Origin: Candidatus Latescibacterota bacterium
GTDB lineage: Bacteria > Latescibacterota > UBA2968 > UBA8231
Assembly: GCA_965206595.1 (NCBI GenBank)
Contig: OZ242214.1
Coordinates: 6,240,001-6,304,000 of the forward strand
Length of the DNA: 64,000 bases
Direction: 5' to 3'
Below the pieces are notes generated by a model. It was not told where the DNA came from. It ran no database searches and saw only the letters and a list, made by a program, of their open reading frames with translations. Within the stretch, counting starts at the first letter, position 1. Each line of letters starts with the position of its first letter. Positions 25,084 through 34,954 of this stretch are shown piece after piece. The position numbers were made by a program, and so were the translations under genes.

Positions 25084-26457
25084 TCAGGTTCGCAGCGGCA
25101 CGAAACGGACCGGGGAGGTCCAGTCCGGCTCTTCTCCCGCCTCGCCGGGGGTCCGGGGACGGCGCCCGACGCTGACGTACTCGAAGCCGAGCTCTCCCAT
25201 GCGCCGCGGCTCGTAGACGTTGCGACAGTCGAGGAACTTCGCCGTGCGCAAGGCCTCCCGCAGGCGCGGCAGGTCGATGTTGCGGAACTCGTTCCACTCG
25301 GTCAGCAGGGCGATGGCGTCGCACCCCTCGGCAGCCGAATAGGGGTCTTCGAAACAGTGGATCTCGGGAAATTGCGCCTGCGCGCGTTCGTTGGCGGCCG
25401 GGTCGCAGGCGCGCACCGAGGCTCCTCCCGCCAGCAGCGCCGCGATCATGTCGAGGGAGGGGGCTTCGCGGATGTCGTCGGTGTCGGGCTTGAACGACAG
25501 CCCGAGGAGGCAGACCGACTTGCCATGGAAAGGGCCGATGAGGTCGGCGAGCTTGGAGATCATGCGCCGCCGCTGCAGCGTGTTGCTGCCGTCGATCGCC
25601 TCGATGAGCGGGGCCTCGACCCCTCCCTTGCGTGCGGTGGCGGCCAGCCCGGTGACGTCCTTGGGAAAGCAGCTGCCGCCGTACCCGGCGCCGGCGTTGA
25701 GGTAGCGGTGCCCGATGCGCTCGTCGAACCCCATGCCCCGGGCCACCGATGAGACGTCGGCGCCGTAGGCCTCGCAGATGTTGGCGATTTCGTTGATGAA
25801 GGAAATCTTGGCGGCGAGCAGTGCGTTCGACGCATACTTGATCATCTCCGCCGACTCGACGTCGGTCAGCACCATCGGGATGTCCCGCTCGTACAGCGGG
25901 TTGTACACGTCGAGGATCGCCTCCATGGCGCGGCGGCTCGTCGCCCCGATGACCAGCCGGTCCGGGTGCAGGAAGTCGTCGATCGCCGAACCCTCGCGCA
26001 GGAACTCGGGATTGGACACGACGTCGAAGTCCTGGTCCGGTCGCACCCTGCGGATCACCTCGCCTACGTCGACCCCGGTGCCGACCGGAACCGTCGATTT
26101 GTTGACGATGATCTTGTAGTCCTCCATGAAGGTGCCGATGGTCTCGGCGGCCGCGGTGACGTAGGAGATGTCGACGTCCCCCGTAGGAAGCGGCGGCGTG
26201 CCGACGCAGATGAAGATGATCTCCGATGTCTTGACGGCGAAGGCGACCTCGGTCGAGAAAGTCAGGCGGCCGCGGCTGACGTTGCGGGAGACCAGCTCGT
26301 CCAGTCCCGGTTCATAAATGGGGGATTCTCCGGCCTTGAGCCGGGAGATCCGCTCCTCGTCGATGTCGACGCAGACAACGGCGTTGCCGAAGTCGGCGAG
26401 ACAGGAGCCGGTGACGAGGCCGACGTAGCCCGTCCCCACTACGCAGACGCGCCTCAA
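25084..26457 (-). CDS. ugd: UDP-glucose 6-dehydrogenase
   Basis: GTGYVG, KSTVPVGT, SNPEFLREG, GYGGSCFPKD, FKPDTDDIRE. Confidence 0.95.
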   Translation of the reverse strand: MRRVCVVGTGYVGLVTGSCLADFGNAVVCVDIDEERISRLKAGESPIYEPGLDELVSRNVSRGRLTFSTEVAFAVKTSEIIFICVGTPPLPTGDVDISYVTAAAETIGTFMEDYKIIVNKSTVPVGTGVDVGEVIRRVRPDQDFDVVSNPEFLREGSAIDDFLHPDRLVIGATSRRAMEAILDVYNPLYERDIPMVLTDVESAEMIKYASNALLAAKISFINEIANICEAYGADVSSVARGMGFDERIGHRYLNAGAGYGGSCFPKDVTGLAATARKGGVEAPLIEAIDGSNTLQRRRMISKLADLIGPFHGKSVCLLGLSFKPDTDDIREAPSLDMIAALLAGGASVRACDPAANERAQAQFPEIHCFEDPYSAAEGCDAIALLTEWNEFRNIDLPRLREALRTAKFLDCRNVYEPRRMGELGFEYVSVGRRPRTPGEAGEEPDWTSPVRFVPLRT

Positions 26458-26593
26458 TGATTTCCGCTCCGGTTGTTCAAAAGGGTAGGTCGTACCTGGC
26501 GGGACGGCGCCGCGAAGTGCCCCTCATCAACCTGCGAGCGGCGCCGCCGAATTCGAGCATCTATTTGTTAAAGAAAGAGTTAGCAGGCCATTT

Positions 26594-26622
26594 ACCTTAG
26601 GTGTCGCGATACCGGATGTCAA
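26594..26622 (-). promoter_or_regulatory. Putative sigma70 promoter of the ugd-rfbB-dut operon
   Basis: Minus strand TTGACA, 17-nt spacer, TAAGGT. Confidence 0.45.
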
Positions 26623-26722
26623 ACGGCTGCGGGCCCTTCTCGCTCGCCCCGCTCGGGCGCCGGTCCGTGGCCGCGGGCGCGGAAAAACAGGGGCTTTTTC
26701 GACCGAACTTTCAGGCCGCAGT

Positions 26723-28522
26723 TCAATTGTCGTCCTCGCGTTCGGAGAGCAGATCGCCGCGCTGCAGGCGCTCGGCGTTTTCCGTCGACCAGAGGATCCC
26801 CTTCATCAGCTTTTGCGCCGTGATGTAGCGTGTGGCCGCCAGCATGTGCATCCGCTTCTCCTCCTCGTCCCCGCTCAGGTCGAAGTGGCGGAAGGCGACC
26901 TCCAGGACTTGGAACATGTGCAGCTCGGCGTCCTCGCGCAGGAGGATGTGGCCCAGCGTATGGCGCAGGCGGGTGAGGTCGTGTCCTTCCTCCAGGTACT
27001 GGTTCACCAGCACCTCGGCCTCGAAGACCTTCTGGAAGTCGGCGAACTCCTGCAGCCGCTCGAGCATCGCTTCGGGGCCGTCGAAGGATTCCGCCAGTCG
27101 CTGTCCGGGGCGCGGCAGACGCGCCGCCGGCATGTTGAGCCAGCGCAGGTAGGTCAGGAAGACGGCGCCGTGGAAGAGTCCGCGCAGCAGCTCCCTGCGG
27201 GGGGCGAGGTGAAAGGCGCGGTAGAGGCCGTGGGCATAGGAGTAGATGTTGGCGACGTCGTGCCAGTCCCCCTCGTTCTTGAGGTGGAAACGGGCGACGC
27301 GGATGGCCCCGGCGTAGGTCATGGCGCGGCACAGGTCGCGCGGATCGACCCCCGCACGCAGGCGCGCTTCGATCTCGGCGAGGATCGGCTCGAAGTCGTC
27401 GCCGAGCATGACCTGGGCGAAAGCGGATATGTCGAGCGCGGCTTCGTTCTCCTGGTTCTCCTTCCAGATGTCGTCGAGGCGGGTGAAGATCTCCTCGAGG
27501 ACGGGGACGCTGTCCGACCAGCGCGAGGTCTCTTCGTGCCGCGTGCGGCCGACCAGGTCGACGACGATGGGGCGCAGGATTTCGTGGGCACCTTCCCATT
27601 CGACGTAGTCGAGGGCCTCGAACATCTTGTTGGCGAAGTCGAGGGCGTGGCCGTCCCCGGTGAAGTAGAAATCGGTGGCGGTGGTGAAGACCAGGTCGGC
27701 GAGCACCTCGGCCGGGTAGCCCCTGTCGTGCAGGGTGAGGAGGATGCGCTCGGCCGGCCCGCGGTCGCGTTGGTCGATGTAGCGGCGGAACCAGCGGCGC
27801 ATGGTCTCGAGGTCGGGGTCCCGGCTGGCGGGCGGAAAGGGGAAACGCTGCCGCCGCGAGCTCCCCGAGGTGCGGTTGGCGATCTGGCTGAGGCCGTGGA
27901 CGAGAAAGAGGTTCCGGTCCCCGGGGTCGATGTCCTCCCACAGGTTGGCCGCCAGGGTCAGGATGGTCACCCCGGAGGACCAGCCCTCGCTGGTCTTGTG
28001 TGTCCCGTAGAGGAGGCCCTGCTGGATGATCTCGCGCGGCGGAGCCCCGGCCTGGCGCAGGGCGGTCACCGCCTTGGCGATGAGGAAGGAGCTGCGGTCC
28101 TTGAGTCCCTGTTCCAGCGCCCTCTTGCCCCTTTCGATGAGGCGGCGAGCCGCGGCCTCGCGCTCGTCCGCGGCCAGGCCGACGTAGAGGCAGGCGTCCT
28201 GGCGCTCCTCGACCGGGAAGGTCTTCAGGTCGTCCCCCGACGTGAGGAAGCAGCCGCCGGTGTTCAGGTCGAACTCCCAGTGGTGCCAGTGGCAGATGAG
28301 GACGCCGTCGCGGATGCTGCCCTTGGACATCGGGTAGCCCATGTGGGGGCAGCGGTTGTCGACCGCGTGAAAGCCGCCCTCGTAGCGGAAGAGGGCGAGG
28401 TGGGTGCCGTTGACACTGAAGGGGCGGCTTTCCCCTTCGACGATGTCCGCGGCGGCGCACAGGCGGTGGTACACCAGAGGGGCGGCAGGGGAAGTATCGT
28501 TCGGGCGGGTGGCCTGACTCAT
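26723..28522 (-). CDS. Rieske [2Fe-2S] domain fused to a large helical domain of unknown function
   Basis: CPHMGYP...CHWHHWEFDL Rieske ligands at the N-terminus; GAGGAGG RBS before ATG 28522. Confidence 0.85.
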   Translation of the reverse strand: MSQATRPNDTSPAAPLVYHRLCAAADIVEGESRPFSVNGTHLALFRYEGGFHAVDNRCPHMGYPMSKGSIRDGVLICHWHHWEFDLNTGGCFLTSGDDLKTFPVEERQDACLYVGLAADEREAAARRLIERGKRALEQGLKDRSSFLIAKAVTALRQAGAPPREIIQQGLLYGTHKTSEGWSSGVTILTLAANLWEDIDPGDRNLFLVHGLSQIANRTSGSSRRQRFPFPPASRDPDLETMRRWFRRYIDQRDRGPAERILLTLHDRGYPAEVLADLVFTTATDFYFTGDGHALDFANKMFEALDYVEWEGAHEILRPIVVDLVGRTRHEETSRWSDSVPVLEEIFTRLDDIWKENQENEAALDISAFAQVMLGDDFEPILAEIEARLRAGVDPRDLCRAMTYAGAIRVARFHLKNEGDWHDVANIYSYAHGLYRAFHLAPRRELLRGLFHGAVFLTYLRWLNMPAARLPRPGQRLAESFDGPEAMLERLQEFADFQKVFEAEVLVNQYLEEGHDLTRLRHTLGHILLREDAELHMFQVLEVAFRHFDLSGDEEEKRMHMLAATRYITAQKLMKGILWSTENAERLQRGDLLSEREDDN

Positions 28523-28812
28523 GGTCAGCCTCCTCGGCGTGAAGGTGGGTCGGGTTGGGGGACTTCCGGTCCGGTTGCTCCCCGGCGGGAACAGTAGGCA
28601 AGTAACGTTTTGCGCTCCCGTTTGCAAGGGGTCGGGATCCCGGGAAACCCCTCCCCGGTTCGGATGGAGGGGGTCCGCCGGGACGCCGCTATCACTTTTC
28701 GTCTTGATCCATCCCGGATGCCGCCCTTATTTGCCATCCGCCGGCCCCATCCAAAAAGAACACCCAGGAACCGCCCGCGTTCCCGGACCTTCCTCGACAG
28801 GCGGGATCCCCC

Positions 28813-29805
28813 ATGAACGCTTCCTCCAAGGACCTGATCATCGGCGTTGCCGCATGCGCCCTCATCGTTTTTTTCTTCGCCAGCGCCGAGTTCATCGAGC
28901 TCTTCTTCGATTTTACGCGCCAGTACGAGGAATGGAACCTCGATGAGGCGATTGCCGCGGTGCCCGCCCTGGCGTTGGTGAGCGCCTGGTTCGCCGGGCG
29001 GCGTTGGCGCGAGGTCCGCCGTCTGAACGGGGAGCTGGAGGAGACGGTGGCGCAGCTCGAGGAGGCGATCGCGCAGCGCCGCGACATGGAAGACCAACTC
29101 GGGGAAGCGTACAAGATGGCCGCCATGGGCGCGCTTACAGGCGGGCTCGCCCACGAGTTCAACAACGTGCTGCAGCCGATCGTCACCCTCGCCCAGCTGA
29201 GCCTCGACCGCGACGGGACGGAAGAACAGCAGGCCCGGATCCGGAATATCCTCAAGGCGGCCGAGCACGGCTGCGAGATCGTCAAGGGGACCCTGGCCTT
29301 TCCCGCAGGCGGAACCCAGGAAACGCACGACATGGTCCCGGCCGAGGAGGTCGCCGGCTTCGTCGAGCAGGCGAGGGGCCGTCTCGGCGATGTCGAGATC
29401 GACACCCGCATCGCCGCCGGCTCCGGAGCCATCCGCGTCAACAGGGGGGAGTTCAACCAGGTGATGACCAACCTGGTCGGGAACGCGGCCGAGGCGATGG
29501 ACAACCGGGGCAAGATCGAGATCGGCCTCGGGTCGCGCACCCTCGATGCCGAGGCCGCGCGCGCGAAGGGTCTGGCAGCCGGCAGGTACGTCCGCGTGAC
29601 CGTGGCCGACAACGGCCCGGGCATGGCCTCCGAGGTGAGGGACCAGATCTTCGATCCCTTCTTCACCACCAGGGAGGCGGGAGAAGGGACGGGGCTCGTC
29701 TACAGCCTGGTGCAGGGATGGAACGGCAGGATCTCCGTGTACTCGTCCCCCCGGAACGGGGCGGCGTTCGAAATACTGATCCCGAGGCTGGGACCAGGGG
29801 CCTGA
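28813..29805 (+). CDS. Membrane sensor histidine kinase (G2 box appears shortened; possibly defective)
   Basis: LAHEFNNVL H-box, NLVGNA N-box, DNGPGM, FDPFFTT, GEGTGLV. Confidence 0.85.
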   Translation: MNASSKDLIIGVAACALIVFFFASAEFIELFFDFTRQYEEWNLDEAIAAVPALALVSAWFAGRRWREVRRLNGELEETVAQLEEAIAQRRDMEDQLGEAYKMAAMGALTGGLAHEFNNVLQPIVTLAQLSLDRDGTEEQQARIRNILKAAEHGCEIVKGTLAFPAGGTQETHDMVPAEEVAGFVEQARGRLGDVEIDTRIAAGSGAIRVNRGEFNQVMTNLVGNAAEAMDNRGKIEIGLGSRTLDAEAARAKGLAAGRYVRVTVADNGPGMASEVRDQIFDPFFTTREAGEGTGLVYSLVQGWNGRISVYSSPRNGAAFEILIPRLGPGA

Positions 29806-29808
29806 ACG

Positions 29809-30206
29809 ATGGCGGCCATACTGCTCGCCGCCGCCGACGCGGGAGTGCTCTTCGCGCTGGGGATGCTGCTGCGGGAGGCAGGCCACGAGGTGCTCGAGGC
29901 GGACCGCTGCCAAACCGTCCTGGAGACCGCGGCGCGCACCAGGCGGAACTCGCCGTGATCGATGTCAACATGGCGGGTATGAGCGGTGTCGAGCTGATCG
30001 AGGAGCTGCGCAAAACCCGTCCCGGAGCCGAAAATCGCCATGACAGCGGCGGCATGCACCAGACACCGGAGCTGGCCGCGACTCTCGCCGCGAATGCCGG
30101 GGCGGACAGGGTGCTGCAGAAGCCGTTCGCAAACGACGCGCTGCTGGCGGAAGTCGGGGCCCTGCTTCCCGAAATCGGTTTTTCCAATCCGGAGAGGGTC
30201 TCGTGA
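29809..30206 (+). pseudogene. Single-domain response regulator, frameshifted
   Basis: MAAILL...GHEVLEA in one frame, then LAVIDVNMAGMSGVELI...GADRVLQKPF in another; shift near 29935. Confidence 0.8.
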
Positions 30207-31016
30207 ATTCGGAAAATCAGTATGACGCCATCGCCGAAGCCTACAAGGAGTCGAAACAACTGCCCTTCCGGGAATTCGTCGAAGCCTATTCTCTATTCGA
30301 GATCCTGGGAGATATTCACGGGGCGACGGTTCTCGACCTGGCTTGCGGCGACGGCTTCTACACGCGCAGGATCAAGCAGGCCGGAGCCCTGGAAGTCACC
30401 GGCCTCGATCTTTCCGGGGAGATGATCAGCCTGGCCGAACAGGAAGAACGGGCCCGGCCCCTGGGCTGCAGGTATCTGCAAGGGGACGCGGCCGGTCTCG
30501 AGTTGTCGGGGCAGGTCGATCTCGTGGTGGCGATGTACCTTCTGAACTATGCCAGGGCCAGGGAAGAGCTTCTCAGGTTTGTCGAGGTGGCTTACGCCTG
30601 CCTGCGGCCTGGGGGACGATTCGTCGGCTTCAACGACAATGTCCGGCAGGTTCCCAGGGGAACCGTTTCCTATGCCCGGTACGGATTTGCAAAAGAGTGC
30701 ACCGACTCCCCCCGGGAAGGGGATGTCATCCTGTACAAAATGACACAGAAGGACGGCACGACGTTCGAATTCAAGAAATACTTATGAATTCAAGAAATAC
30801 TATCTAAAACCAGAGACGTATCGCTGGGCCTTCGGCCGAGCCGGGTTTCTGGATTTTGAATGGGCGGGCCCCTATCTGCACCCCGCCCAGCGCCAGAATC
30901 GAAACTGGCATGAATTCATGACCCGTCCTCCGGTCATCGGCTTCAAAACGGTAAAACCGCAGGATGTCGAGGAACCCCGAGGGGAGATGGGGGATCTTCA
31001 TGGACTGCAGGAATGA
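30203..31016 (+). pseudogene. Class I SAM-dependent methyltransferase interrupted by a 19-bp duplication
   Basis: VLDLACGDG motif I. The ORF stops at 30787 inside duplicated GAATTCAAGAAATACT; the second copy reads on as EFKKYYLKPETYRWAF...PPVIGF to TGA 31016. Confidence 0.8.
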
Positions 31017-31064
31017 CACAAGGCCTGACCGGAAACCATCCGGATCGCGAGGAGAAAGCCTGAG

Positions 31065-32087
31065 ATGAAGAAAAATGACCTGATCGACATTGCGCAGGCC
31101 CTGGTCCCGCCCGGCAGGGGAATCCTGGCGGCCGACGAAAGCTCCGGCACGATCGCGAAGCGGTTTGCGAGCATCGGAACCGAGTCGACGGAGGAGAACC
31201 GGCGCTCCTACAGGGAGCTGCTGTTCACGACGCCGGGCATGGAGGAGTTCATAAGCGGCGTCATCCTGTACGACGAGACCATCCGGCAGGCGGCCGGCGA
31301 CGGCACGCCGCTGCCGCAGGTGCTGTCGGCGAAGGGGGTGATTCCCGGGATCAAGGCGGACAAGGGGCTGAAGGATCTGCCCGGTTTCCCGGGAGAGCAG
31401 ACCACCGAGGGACTCGACGGCCTGCAGGACCGGCTGGCCGAGTACCGGGAGCTGGGGGCGCGGTTCGCCAAGTGGCGGGCGGTGACCGCCATCGGCGACG
31501 GACTCCCCACTGCGGGCTGCATCGAGGCCAACGCTCACGGGCTGGCGCGCTACGCGGCGATATCGCAGGCGGCCGGGCTGGTGCCGATCGTCGAGCCGGA
31601 GGTGCTGATGGACGGCGACCACGACCTGCAGGCCTGCGAAGAGGCTACCGAGGCCACCCTTGCCAGCACCTACGGCCAGCTGCTCAGCCAGCGCGTCGAG
31701 CTCGAGGGCACCCTGCTGAAACCGAACATGGTGCTCTCCGGCAAGGACTGCCCGCAGCAGGCCCGGGTCGAGGAGGTCGCCGAGGCGACCCTCCTCTGCT
31801 TCCGCCGCACCGTGCCCGCGGCGGTCCCTGGCATCGTGTTCCTCTCGGGGGGACAGAGCCCGGAGCAGGCCACCGCCCACCTCAACGCGATGAACGCCAT
31901 CGGCGGGGCGCCCTGGCAGCTGAGCTTCTCGTACGGCCGCGCCCTGCAGGAGACGGCGTTGAAGGCGTGGCGGGGGGATTCCGCCAACATCGAGGCGGCG
32001 AAGCGGGCCTTCTACCTGCGCGCCAGGCTGAACGGCGCCGCCCGCAGCGGGGAGTACACCCTGGCGATGGAGAGGGAAGCCGCCTGA
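31065..32087 (+). CDS. Class I fructose-bisphosphate aldolase (glycolytic/eukaryote-like family)
   Basis: GILAADES, FAKWR, VPIVEPEV, LLKPNMV, FLSGGQS, SFSYGRALQ. Confidence 0.96.
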   Translation: MKKNDLIDIAQALVPPGRGILAADESSGTIAKRFASIGTESTEENRRSYRELLFTTPGMEEFISGVILYDETIRQAAGDGTPLPQVLSAKGVIPGIKADKGLKDLPGFPGEQTTEGLDGLQDRLAEYRELGARFAKWRAVTAIGDGLPTAGCIEANAHGLARYAAISQAAGLVPIVEPEVLMDGDHDLQACEEATEATLASTYGQLLSQRVELEGTLLKPNMVLSGKDCPQQARVEEVAEATLLCFRRTVPAAVPGIVFLSGGQSPEQATAHLNAMNAIGGAPWQLSFSYGRALQETALKAWRGDSANIEAAKRAFYLRARLNGAARSGEYTLAMEREAA

Positions 32088-32170
32088 CTCACGGTCGAGC
32101 TGCCGTTCCGGATTACCCTCCGGGAAGGCGGATTAGAGCCGAAGATCCTGAGTCAGCAGCATCGCAAGCC

Positions 32171-32217
32171 AGAAAAAAGGCGCGGTCCGCACGAAAGCGG
32201 TCGCGCCTTCTTCTTTT
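32171..32217. terminator. Probable bidirectional intrinsic terminator between convergent genes
   Basis: A-run, AAGGCGCGGTCCGC...GCGGTCGCGCCTT stem, T-rich tail. Confidence 0.65.
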
Positions 32218-32268
32218 GCAGCTCAAATAACGGCCGGCGGTTGGAATGTCCGCCTCGGGGCCGGCGCC

Positions 32269-34944
32269 TCAGGCATGGAGCGGGTCGCACTTCTCCGGAT
32301 CGATGTCGAGGTCGGAGACCGCGCGGCGCACCTCCTCCTGGCCGAGAATTCCCTGGCGGTGCAGGTCGGCGATCGCGGCATAGGCGATCGTCTCGGCGTC
32401 GACCTCGAAGAAACGGCGCAGGGTGGCGCGCGACTCGCTGCGGCCGAAGCCGTCGGTGCCCAGGGCGACCGGCGGCCGCGGAAACCAGCGCGCGATCGAG
32501 TTCGGCAGCGCCTTGATGTAGTCGGAGGCGATGACGAAGCTGCCGCTTTCCCCCTCGAGACATTCGCCGATCCAGGATTTACGCGGCGAGCCCTCCTGCT
32601 GCCGCAGACCGAGCCGTTCGCAGGCGCCGCCGTCCTCGTGCAGCTGGCGGAAGCTGGTGATCGACCAGACGCTGGCGCCGACGTCGAAGCGCTCGGCGAG
32701 GATCTCCCGCGCCCGCAGCGCCTCGTTGAGGATGCTGCCGCTGGCGAACAGGTGCGCCTGCCTGTGGAGCCCTTCCGGCGCTTCCCGCAACCGGTACATC
32801 CCCCTGAGGATCCCCTCCTCCGCACCAGGCGGCATGGCCGGCATCGGGTAATCCTCGTTCTGAACGGTCAGGTAGTAGACGAGGTCCTCGCCGCGGCCGT
32901 ACATGCGCTCGATCCCTTCCCGCACGATGACGGCGAGCTCGTAGCCGAAGGCGGGGTCGTAGGCGACCACGTGGGGATAGCTGTAGGAGAGCAGGTGGCT
33001 GTGCCCGTCCTGGTGCTGCAGCCCCTCGCCGTTGAGGGTCGTGCGCCCGGAGGTGGCGCCGATGAGGAAGCCTCGCGCCCGCTGGTCGCCGGCGGCGAAG
33101 ACGAGATCGCCGACGCGCTGGAACCCGAAGATCGAGTAGAAGACGAAGAACGGCAGGGTGTGAATGCCGTGGCTGGAATAGGCGGTCCCCGCGGCGATGA
33201 AGGAGGACAGGGCTCCGGCCTCGGTGATCCCCTCCTCGATCAGCTGCCCGTCCCGGGCCTCGCGGTAGTAGGTGAGGGTCTCGCTGTCGACCGGCTCGTA
33301 CAGCTGCCCGATATGCGAGTAGATCCCGTACTGCCGGAACAGCGCCTCCATGCCGAAGGTGCGCGCCTCGTCGGCGACGATCGGCACGATCAGCGGCCCG
33401 AGCTGCTTGTGGCGCAGCAGCTTCGCCAGGATGCGCACGAACATCATGGTCGACGACGCGCGGCGCTCACCGGTGCCGGCCAGGAATTCGTCGAACAGGT
33501 CGCGGTGCTGTGCATCCCCCGGCGGCGGCCCTGCCGAGCGGCTCGGCACGAACCCGCCGAGGGCCCGGCGGCGCTCGATCAAGTACTGGCTTTCGGGGGT
33601 CTCGGCCGCCGGCTGGTAGTAGGACAGCTGCTCGACCTCCTCGTCGGACAGGGGGATGGCGAAACGGGTGCGGATGTTCCGCAGGGCCGCGGTGTCGAGC
33701 TTCTTCTGCTGGTGGGCGCCCATGCGCCCTTCCCCGGCTTCCCCCATTCCGTACCCCTTGATGGTCTTGGCGAGCACCACCGAGGGGGCGCCGCGGAACT
33801 CGAGGGCGGCGCGGTAGGCGGCGTACACCTTCTCGGGGTCGTGGCCGCCGCGGCGGATGGTGCGGATGTGCTCGTCGGTCAGGTGCCGGGAGAGCTTCAT
33901 CAGGCTCTCGTCGACGCCGAAGAAGTGGTTGCGCTGGTAGTTGCCGTCGGAGACGCTGTACTTCTGGTACTGGCCGTCGACGATCTCCCCCATGCGCCGC
34001 GCCAGCAGCCCCTGCTCGTCCAAGGCCAGCAGCGGGTCCCAGTCGCTTCCCCAGATCACCTTGATGACGTTCCAGCCGGCGCCGCAGAAAACGGTTTCCA
34101 GCTCCTGGATGATCTTGCCGTTGCCGCGCACCGGGCCGTCGAGCCGCTGCAGGTTGCAGTTGACGACGAAAACGAGATTGTCGAGCTGCTCGCGGGCGGC
34201 CAGGGAGATGGCCCCGAGGGATTCCGGCTCGTCCATTTCGCCGTCGCCGATGAAGGCCCAGACCTTGGCGTCCGACGGCTGCTTGAGGCCGCGGTCCTCG
34301 AGATAGCGGTTGAAGCGGGCCTGGTAGATCGCCATGATCGGGCACAGCCCCATCGACGCCGTGGGGAACTGCCAGAAGTCCGGCATAAGGCGCGGGTGCG
34401 GGTAGGAGGACAGTCCCCCTTCCGGGCTGAGCTCGTGGCGGTAGTTGTCGAGCTGCTCCTCGCTCAGCCGTCCCTCGAGGAAGGCGCGGGCGTAGATCCC
34501 CGGGGCCGTATGCGCCTGCCAGAAGACGTGATCCCCCTCGAAACCGCGGTCGCGGCCGCGCATGAAATGGTTGAGAGCCACCTCGTACAGGGTCGCTACC
34601 GAGGCGTAGGTCGCAATATGGCCGCCGATCGTCGGGTCGGCGCGGTTGGCGCGCACCACCATGATCATGGCGTTCCAGCGGATGATGTTGCGGATGCGCC
34701 GCTCGAGGTCGTGGCTGCCGGGATAAGGGGGCTGCGCCGACGGGGGGATGGTGTTGACGTACGGCGTGCTGGCGGCGAACGGCAGCGACACCCCGCGCTG
34801 CCGGGCGTGGTCGCGCAGGCGCTGCAGCAGCTTGCGGACGCGCTCCGGTCCCGAGTGCTCGAGCACGTAGTCGAGGGACTCGAGCCATTCCCCGGTCTCG
34901 AGGCTGTCGAGCAGCTCCTCGTCGGTCCGCGGCATGCCGGTCAT
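32269..34944 (-). CDS. aceE: Pyruvate dehydrogenase E1, homodimeric type
   Basis: ETGEWLESL, GGHIATYAS, GLSSYPHP, GDGEMDEPES, NLQRLDGPV, GEGLQHQDG, LGTDGFGRS. Confidence 0.96.
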   Translation of the reverse strand: MTGMPRTDEELLDSLETGEWLESLDYVLEHSGPERVRKLLQRLRDHARQRGVSLPFAASTPYVNTIPPSAQPPYPGSHDLERRIRNIIRWNAMIMVVRANRADPTIGGHIATYASVATLYEVALNHFMRGRDRGFEGDHVFWQAHTAPGIYARAFLEGRLSEEQLDNYRHELSPEGGLSSYPHPRLMPDFWQFPTASMGLCPIMAIYQARFNRYLEDRGLKQPSDAKVWAFIGDGEMDEPESLGAISLAAREQLDNLVFVVNCNLQRLDGPVRGNGKIIQELETVFCGAGWNVIKVIWGSDWDPLLALDEQGLLARRMGEIVDGQYQKYSVSDGNYQRNHFFGVDESLMKLSRHLTDEHIRTIRRGGHDPEKVYAAYRAALEFRGAPSVVLAKTIKGYGMGEAGEGRMGAHQQKKLDTAALRNIRTRFAIPLSDEEVEQLSYYQPAAETPESQYLIERRRALGGFVPSRSAGPPPGDAQHRDLFDEFLAGTGERRASSTMMFVRILAKLLRHKQLGPLIVPIVADEARTFGMEALFRQYGIYSHIGQLYEPVDSETLTYYREARDGQLIEEGITEAGALSSFIAAGTAYSSHGIHTLPFFVFYSIFGFQRVGDLVFAAGDQRARGFLIGATSGRTTLNGEGLQHQDGHSHLLSYSYPHVVAYDPAFGYELAVIVREGIERMYGRGEDLVYYLTVQNEDYPMPAMPPGAEEGILRGMYRLREAPEGLHRQAHLFASGSILNEALRAREILAERFDVGASVWSITSFRQLHEDGGACERLGLRQQEGSPRKSWIGECLEGESGSFVIASDYIKALPNSIARWFPRPPVALGTDGFGRSESRATLRRFFEVDAETIAYAAIADLHRQGILGQEEVRRAVSDLDIDPEKCDPLHA

Positions 34945-34954
34945 GGCCAGTACA

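Noticed and set aside
26560-26585. AT-rich, weakly palindromic motif resembling a Xer/dif-like site
   Set aside because: Poor symmetry, and it lies in a promoter leader; insufficient support
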